Assembly (NCBI GenBank): GCA_964360585.1
Contig: CAYHXC010000007.1
Coordinates: 3,867 to 67,866, forward strand
Length of the DNA stretch: 64,000 nucleotides
From: an uncultured Candidatus Saccharibacteria bacterium
GTDB lineage: Bacteria; Patescibacteriota; Minisyncoccia; UBA6257; 2-01-FULL-56-20
Direction: 5' to 3'
Shown here: piece after piece, positions 58,367 through 64,000 of the stretch
Layout of the letters: each line of letters opens with the position of its first letter
Position numbering within the stretch: the stretch's first letter is position 1
Program-made: the position numbers and the translations under genes
The notes under the pieces: generated by a model
Databases searched by the model: none
What the model saw: the letters and a program-made list of their open reading frames with translations, nothing else
Told to the model about the DNA's origin: nothing

Positions 58367-58384
58367 GGTTCTCCGGGTAGTTGC

Positions 58385-58414
58385 AAAAAAATCCGCCCCA
58401 AAGGCGGATTTTTT
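58385..58414. terminator. bidirectional terminator
   Basis: AAAAAAATCCGCC-CCAAA-GGCGGATTTTTT between convergent genes. Confidence 0.75.
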
Positions 58415-58436
58415 GGTTTCAACTTTCCCAAATCAA

Positions 58437-58787
58437 CTACACTTCCACTTCTTGCCAGACCAACTCAATTGCATTGAAATACTTGCGAGTAAATTCAGCT
58501 GCTTCTTCTGCGGAGAAAGGCTTGCATGTGTAGCAATCTACGGTAAAAAGTGGAGGATTAGTTGGATAGGAATAAAAAGCCGCTCCTGACGATTTCCAGT
58601 GAATCCAGCCCCCATACCCCATATCATGAGCAGAATGAGCTTCAGGTTCTGATAAAACTTCCATATCGGCCACTTTTGCAAGTTCGCTAAGATACGATTT
58701 GATTTGCTCAGGCTCAACAATTTTTTCTGTCGTGCCCTCGATGATTACTCGTTGCCTTATTAAATTTGGTGCTAAATTTTTCCACAT
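58437..58787 (-). CDS. S-adenosylmethionine decarboxylase-like proenzyme (short form)
   Basis: GYGGWIHWKSSG, TVDCYTCKPF; start MWKNL (the longer track ORF runs through tRNA remnants). Confidence 0.7.
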   Translation of the reverse strand: MWKNLAPNLIRQRVIIEGTTEKIVEPEQIKSYLSELAKVADMEVLSEPEAHSAHDMGYGGWIHWKSSGAAFYSYPTNPPLFTVDCYTCKPFSAEEAAEFTRKYFNAIELVWQEVEV

Positions 58788-58810
58788 AAAGATATTCATT
58801 TCAAAACTAC

Positions 58811-58915
58811 TGGCGGAGGAGGTGAGCCTCCTTCGTCCGCCAGTTGGCGGACTGAGGACGGCCAGGGATTCCCGCCGAAGGCGGGCAAGCGAACTCACAA
58901 TGTCCTTTCAAGCGT
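58811..58915 (-). pseudogene. tRNA-Ser-like 3' half with two palindromic insertions in the T-arm
   Basis: minus strand GTGAGTTCG[..]GAATC[..]CTCACCTCCTCCGCCA. Confidence 0.6.
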
Positions 58916-58933
58916 ACCATAAATTTCTAGTCA

Positions 58934-59023
58934 TGGCGGAGGCGGGAGGATTCGAACCTCCGATACCCTTTCGGGCATACCGCATTTCGAGTGCGGCCCA
59001 TTCGACCACTCTGGCACACCTCC
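58934..59023 (-). tRNA. tRNA-Ser(CGA)
   Basis: GGAGGTG acceptor, CCGCA-CTCGAAA-TGCGG, long variable arm, GGTTCGAATCC, encoded CCA. Confidence 0.95.
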
Positions 59024-59051
59024 GCCATAACTAGAAAACGAAAATCAACGA

Positions 59052-59124
59052 GCATTTTCCGCCGAAGGCGGATCCGTCCTCTGGCGGACGAGTGCGGCGC
59101 GTTAGACCACTCTGCCACCCCACC
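59052..59124 (-). pseudogene. tRNA-Ser(CGA)-like 5' half with a palindromic insertion in the anticodon
   Basis: GGTGGGGTGGCAGAGTGGTCTAACGCGCCGCACTCG[31 nt]AAATGC. Confidence 0.65.
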
Positions 59125-59271
59125 ACCATAGGTGCGGCCCACCTGCCCCGTCAGCTTTAGCGTTCAGGGTTCAACCACCCTGCCTGCCTCCAGTAGGTCA
59201 GCCACTCCTCCGTTCTCTATAAGAAACAAAATCTTACTGAATATATCCCCTTTTCCTCTAATTCTCAAGAA

Positions 59272-60774
59272 TTAGGCTTTGCGGGAGCGGTCGTTGGCCA
59301 TCGGGGCAATCAGCTGATCGATGGGCGCAAAATCATCGGTCAGGACCGGCGCGTCCTTATTGACCACCCCGACCCAGAGATGGGTGAGGTAGTGCGTCAG
59401 CTCGGCGTCGTCACTACTCAAGGCCGGCGGCTCGTCGGACTTCATGGCCACAAGTATGATGTTTTGCGTAGTGCCGGTATCGTTTTTATCATAGGTTGGG
59501 AAAAGGTAGACCTGGGGGAAAACCTCGCGGAAGGTTCTATATTCTGCGGCCAAAAATTTACTTCGCGGACCGTCCAGCGAGGAGATGATGTTTACGACAA
59601 CTACTCCCTCGTTGTTCAAAACCCGATACATCTCCGTAATCGCTTCTTTGGTCGTCAGCTGGTACGGCAGAGCGTAAAACGAACCGAAGGCATCGCCGTA
59701 GATCGCATCGTAGGTCGAGGTTGTCCGGTTGAGATATGTCCGACCGTCTTCGTGGTAGATCGTGAGCCGCGGATTATCTTTTAAATTAAAATATTTTCTG
59801 GCCAGTTCGGTCGTCTTGGGATCAATTTCGACAACAGCAAGTGTGGCTTCTGGAAATTGCGCTAAAAAATCCTTGGGATAGGAGTAGCCGCCGGCGCCAA
59901 GCATGAGCGCAGACTCAATAAGCGGGTTGAAGTGCTTGGCTAGGCGGTAGTAGTTTGAATAGGGCAAGGCCAGATCACTCGTATTCAAAAACATAGCGGA
60001 GTTCAACTCGCCGCTGATGAGCATTTCGCGAATCATCTCCCCGGTCTGGGGAATACGATCATCTTTGATCTGAATCCGATTATACGCCGAGTCCGTGTCC
60101 ACAAATCCCTTTGCCTCGGCCTGCTTTTGGGTGATGTGCTGACCAATCGTCAGCGTGAGGAGAATGACGAAGACCGCGGCGCGTGTTTTACTTCGTTCGC
60201 CTAAAAAACCGAAGACAGAAAAAATAACTAAAATGAGCGCGAGAAAGAATAAGATTTTCGTCACGCCGATCCAGGCCAGAAGATAAAAACCGGTCAAAAA
60301 TGTGCCGAAAATACTTCCGACGGTCGAGATGGCGTAGAGATTGCCGACAGTTCGGCCGGAGGTTTCAAGATTCTGGAGTTTGAGACGAGCGGCGTATGGC
60401 GAAACAGTGCCCAAAAGTATACTGGCCGGCGCAAGAAGAATGATGCTCGAAATAATCGCCCGAAAACGGATATCAAATGGCAGGCGCGAGATCACTCCCA
60501 AGATCACGCTATTCGTTAGCGCGAGCAGGCCGATCGCCAATCCGCTGATAAAAAGAATGAAAGAAAGCGTGTCGTAGCGAGCGCTCTGGTCGGCAATCCG
60601 ACCGCCCAGCCAGTAACCAAGACTTAAACTGCCAAGAATGACGCCAATGATGCTGGTCCAAACATAAATTGAGGTACCTAAATAGGGCGCGAGTATTCGC
60701 GAACCCACCAGTTCCAAAATCATGATCACGGTACCCGAAATAAAAACTGTCGATTCAAGCGTGTGGCGTTTCAT
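59272..60774 (-). CDS. fused membrane domain / spermidine synthase-like protein
   Basis: MILELVGSRILAPYLG TM region; LGAGG, VEIDP, EDGR, DAF, LTDDFAP. Confidence 0.85.
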   Translation of the reverse strand: MKRHTLESTVFISGTVIMILELVGSRILAPYLGTSIYVWTSIIGVILGSLSLGYWLGGRIADQSARYDTLSFILFISGLAIGLLALTNSVILGVISRLPFDIRFRAIISSIILLAPASILLGTVSPYAARLKLQNLETSGRTVGNLYAISTVGSIFGTFLTGFYLLAWIGVTKILFFLALILVIFSVFGFLGERSKTRAAVFVILLTLTIGQHITQKQAEAKGFVDTDSAYNRIQIKDDRIPQTGEMIREMLISGELNSAMFLNTSDLALPYSNYYRLAKHFNPLIESALMLGAGGYSYPKDFLAQFPEATLAVVEIDPKTTELARKYFNLKDNPRLTIYHEDGRTYLNRTTSTYDAIYGDAFGSFYALPYQLTTKEAITEMYRVLNNEGVVVVNIISSLDGPRSKFLAAEYRTFREVFPQVYLFPTYDKNDTGTTQNIILVAMKSDEPPALSSDDAELTHYLTHLWVGVVNKDAPVLTDDFAPIDQLIAPMANDRSRKA

Positions 60775-60881
60775 AAGGATTCGTTCATTATACCAAATAC
60801 CAAAAGCCCCGTTTTCGCTTTCTAAGAAATTCGAAAAAACAGTTGAAAAAACCGTTCCTTCATACTATCATCTCCTAACAA

Positions 60882-60929
60882 GCGCCCATAGCTCACCCGC
60901 CAGCCGGCGGAGGTAGAGCGGCTCCCTTT
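60882..60929 (+). pseudogene. duplicated 5' half of tRNA-Lys with a palindromic insertion in the D-loop
   Basis: GCGCCCATAGCTCA[CCCGCCAGCCGGCGGA]GGTAGAGCGGCTCCCTTT. Confidence 0.75.
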
Positions 60930-60972
60930 GCTTGTCAGCCGATAGTTCGTTCATCGAAAATGCATCCACCGT

Positions 60973-61045
60973 GCGCCCATAGCTCAGTTGGTAGAGCGGC
61001 TCCCTTTTAAGGAGATGGTCCCAGGTTCGAATCCTGGTGGGCGCA
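60973..61045 (+). tRNA. tRNA-Lys(TTT)
   Basis: GCGCCCA acceptor, CTCC-CTTTTAA-GGAG, GGTTCGAATCC; CCA not encoded. Confidence 0.95.
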
Positions 61046-61064
61046 CAGTGCATACATTGTAAAA

Positions 61065-62159
61065 CTACTCTTCGGTTTCTGCGTCCTCTATTAATTTTTT
61101 AGCTTTCGCGCTTAACTTTTTCGGCGCTTTCAAAATCAGACGCACCAGAAGATCGCCGCGGCCAAAACTGCCGAGATGGGGCATCCCTTCGTGCGACACG
61201 CGTATCTCTTCCTGAATATTAAAATGTGCCGGAAGATCGATGCTTTTCACGCCTCCGCCGAGGATGGGTACTTCAATTTTCCGCTGGAGCAGTAAATCGA
61301 AAATAGAAATTTCCTTCCGTATTCGAAGATCGTCATTGTGCCGTTCAAACGTGGGGTGCGGCGCGATCAAAATTCGCACATACAAATCGCCTTCACCGGT
61401 GCTGTGCTCGCCGGACTCCCCCGCCCCCTTCACTGTCAGAATCTGACCGTTTTGCACTCCAGGAAGAATTGAAATCTGAACCTGTCGTTTGCCCTTGACG
61501 CGGCCGCTTCCCTTACACGCTTCACATACTTTATTGGGAATCTTGCCGCGGCCATAACACCCTTCACACGGTTTGATCTGTGAAAAATTTCCAAAGAATG
61601 AACGTTTTTCTTCGCGAACCTCGCCTTTTCCATCACATCGCTCACACTTTTTAAACCCGGCCGCCACGTCGGCGCCCTGGCCCTGACACTCCGCACAGCG
61701 AATGGCGGTTTCGTACTCCAAATTTTTGACTGCGCCCCGGAATGATTCCTCGAGCGAGATCTCTATCGGGTACTCCAAATCCGAACCGCGACGATAGGTT
61801 CGCCGTTTGGTGTGGATCCCCAAGTCCTCGAACATTGTCTCGAAGATATCGCCAAGGTCTCCCAAATCGCCCATATCCTCAAATCCAAAACCGTGCGCGC
61901 CGCCAGAAAATGGATTGCCGCCGCCATGCCCTCCGCCGCCCCCGGGAAATGGTTCGGCTGTGCCAAAACGATCGTAGTTCCTCCGCTTCTTTTCATCAGA
62001 AAGAATCTGATAGGCTTCGTTAATTTCTTTAAATTTTTTTTCATCTCCCTTAGGCTTATCGGGATGATACTGATGCGCCAGGCGTCGAAAGGCTTTCTTT
62101 ATTTCGTCGGGAGAGGCATTTTTTTGGACACCAAGTAGTTTGTAGTAGTCTTTGGGCAT
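61065..62159 (-). CDS. dnaJ: chaperone DnaJ
   Basis: J-domain HPD, G/F region, four CxxCxGxG repeats. Confidence 0.97.
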   Translation of the reverse strand: MPKDYYKLLGVQKNASPDEIKKAFRRLAHQYHPDKPKGDEKKFKEINEAYQILSDEKKRRNYDRFGTAEPFPGGGGGHGGGNPFSGGAHGFGFEDMGDLGDLGDIFETMFEDLGIHTKRRTYRRGSDLEYPIEISLEESFRGAVKNLEYETAIRCAECQGQGADVAAGFKKCERCDGKGEVREEKRSFFGNFSQIKPCEGCYGRGKIPNKVCEACKGSGRVKGKRQVQISILPGVQNGQILTVKGAGESGEHSTGEGDLYVRILIAPHPTFERHNDDLRIRKEISIFDLLLQRKIEVPILGGGVKSIDLPAHFNIQEEIRVSHEGMPHLGSFGRGDLLVRLILKAPKKLSAKAKKLIEDAETEE

Positions 62160-62169
62160 TACGTAGTAC

Positions 62170-63144
62170 TTAAAAATCTAATGTTTCCTTCGCGGCCGTA
62201 CCGCTGTAAATGTTAATGAAACGACTGGCTAGGAGAACTTGATAGAGCAGATAGGCCAAGCCACTCATGGCGAGCGCATACACCTTTCCTACACTAAAGG
62301 AGAAAACGAGGACAATCAAGGCCCAACCGATGAAGAACCACTGCCCCATATAGTTCTCGAGACGAGCCAGTCCCTCTTTCATTAATCGGTATAAAAAACT
62401 TCCCAGGCGCTCGTCTGGCGCCGGACTGATGCCCCCAAGTTGCGCCTGCATCCGTTCGGTCATTAACTGACTGACCTCGGCATTAATTTTTTCTTTTTCC
62501 GCCGTCGAGAGATTACCGGCGTTGGAAAGTTTGGCCATTTCGTTTTGGGCCATCATCGTGTAGATCTCATCGAACGTTGATTTTGGCGTGATATTCAAGT
62601 CGGGATAAAAATTCGCCGCGAGACCCAAGGACCAGGTGGTCACGCCGTCAAAAGCCGCCTCCGGAACAATCACTCGATCCCGCTGCCAGTAAGGAAAATA
62701 AAAAACGGTGGCCATGAGCGCTACGGCCATAACTAAGCGGCCGTAATAGAGGCCGGCCAGACGAACAAATCGAATTGAGATACTGTTGGCCAGTTCGTTT
62801 CGAACTTTCCAGGTGCCGGAAAAAATAAGCAGTAAAGCAAACCCTTCGGTCGCCAGCCAGCTGAATGACTCGTTATAGAGGAAGAGGCCAAGCACGACTA
62901 CGGCCACCACTTGAAGCACCGTTCGCCGGCCAAAGTCTTTTACCAGCATTGCTTGAAACAGCGAAGCCAGAAAAAAGATCGAAAGATTGAGAAGAATAGC
63001 CCAGAACCCCGGCACCACTTCAAGAAACGGTATGGTTTGACCGGCAATATAGAGCTTGAAGAAATAGCCAAGCGAAAACGCCGAAAGAATCGTGGCAGTC
63101 TCAAAGACTAAACCGCGCCAGAGAGAAGGATTCCGCTGAACCAC
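62170..63144 (-). CDS. multi-pass membrane hypothetical protein
   Basis: between dnaK and dnaJ; in-frame GTG at 63144 avoids overlap with dnaK; start uncertain. Confidence 0.7.
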   Translation of the reverse strand: MVQRNPSLWRGLVFETATILSAFSLGYFFKLYIAGQTIPFLEVVPGFWAILLNLSIFFLASLFQAMLVKDFGRRTVLQVVAVVVLGLFLYNESFSWLATEGFALLLIFSGTWKVRNELANSISIRFVRLAGLYYGRLVMAVALMATVFYFPYWQRDRVIVPEAAFDGVTTWSLGLAANFYPDLNITPKSTFDEIYTMMAQNEMAKLSNAGNLSTAEKEKINAEVSQLMTERMQAQLGGISPAPDERLGSFLYRLMKEGLARLENYMGQWFFIGWALIVLVFSFSVGKVYALAMSGLAYLLYQVLLASRFINIYSGTAAKETLDF

Positions 63145-63163
63145 TTCTTTTTGAATTTTTTCA

Positions 63164-64000
63164 CTAAGCGTCTGGTTGAGGAGAAGGTTGCTCACCGTTT
63201 TGATTGTTTTGGCTGTCGTTCTTATTATAGAGCGATTCGCCAATTTTTTGAATCTCGGCGGAAAGTTCATTCATGGCAGTCTGGATGGCGCCAAAATCAG
63301 AACCGTCTTTTACTGCTTTCACGGCCGCGATTTTTTTCTCAATTGCTTCCTTCACTTCAGCCGAAACCTTATCCCCAGCATCCCGCAAAGACTTTTCGGC
63401 GAGATAGATACCACTTTCGGCCTGGTTCTTGATCTCGATCAGTTCTTTCTTTTTTGTATCCTCAACCGCGTGTTCCGCCGCTTCTTTTTTCAAACGCTCA
63501 ACTTCGTCCTTGGAGAGCGTTCCGGAAGCCTCAATCTTGACTGATTGTGTGTTTCCCGAGGCCTTATCTTTGGCCGAAACATTCAGAATACCGTTCGCAT
63601 CAATATCAAATGAAACTTCAATTTGCGGCAAATCGCGAGGCGACGGCGGAATTTTGTCCAAGATAAATCGCGCCAGGGTCTTGTTATCAGCGGCCAACGG
63701 ACGCTCGCCTTGGAGTACATGGACTTCAACCGAGGTTTGATTATCGGCTGCCGTCGAGAACGTTTGTGACTTTGAGGTCGGGACGGTCGTATTTTTCTGA
63801 ATCATCGGAGTGGCCACACCGCCCAAGGTTTCGATGCTCAAGGTGAGCGGCGTCACATCCAAAAGCAAAATATCTTTCACGTCGCCCTGAAGGATTCCGG
63901 CTTGGACAGCGGCGCCCAAAGCCACCACTTCGTCCGGATTGATTCCTTTGTGCGGTTCTTTTCCAAACAAGTTTTTGACCGCCTCCTGAATAGCTGGCAT
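63164..64000 (-). CDS. dnaK: chaperone DnaK (3' part; truncated by window edge)
   Basis: [37 protein letters not shown]. Confidence 0.98.
   Translation of the reverse strand: MPAIQEAVKNLFGKEPHKGINPDEVVALGAAVQAGILQGDVKDILLLDVTPLTLSIETLGGVATPMIQKNTTVPTSKSQTFSTAADNQTSVEVHVLQGERPLAADNKTLARFILDKIPPSPRDLPQIEVSFDIDANGILNVSAKDKASGNTQSVKIEASGTLSKDEVERLKKEAAEHAVEDTKKKELIEIKNQAESGIYLAEKSLRDAGDKVSAEVKEAIEKKIAAVKAVKDGSDFGAIQTAMNELSAEIQKIGESLYNKNDSQNNQNGEQPSPQPDA

Noticed and set aside
58788-58898. N-terminal extensions of track ORFs (58898, 51941, 49028, 46917, 34361, 33645, 30626, 2260, 63270)
   Set aside because: They run through repeats, tRNA remnants, promoters or neighbouring genes; downstream starts fit the protein families better.
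1044-63740. Numerous short antisense or alternate-frame ORFs in the track
   Set aside because: They are shadows of well-supported genes and have no motifs or independent expression signals.

Overview
Chromosomal segment that looks like Patescibacteria (CPR, probably Parcubacteria). This is inferred from gene content and style: eukaryote-type GlyRS, HTH-MurA fusion, cohesin/dockerin surface proteins and many apparently leaderless genes. It carries core genes (lexA, pgl, fmt, def, ctpA, rplI, rpmA, murC, gltX, murG, ftsW, rseP, frr, holB, mreB, murA, glyS, recO, murE, dnaJ, 3' part of dnaK) and three tRNAs (Gln-TTG, Ser-CGA, Lys-TTT). An accessory block at about 9-28.5 kb holds sodN/sodX, a GT2-UbiA-terpene-cyclase-like trio and a large cell-surface cluster. 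The top candidate for a new system is a self-contained retron-like unit between murA and glyS (49104-50402). It has a promoter, a ~290-nt structured leader with perfect 14-bp a1/a2-type inverted repeats and an msd-like hairpin, a 302-aa RT with unusual motifs (LVVG, YIDD), and a terminator, but no effector gene. Other notable items: a family of hairpin MITE-like elements sharing a TACC-N4-GGTA tip, partial tRNA copies interrupted by CCGCC/GGCGG palindromes beside all three tRNAs, and an unannotated ~130-nt rod-like ncRNA candidate. All calls come from reading the sequence by eye; no searches or folding programs were run.
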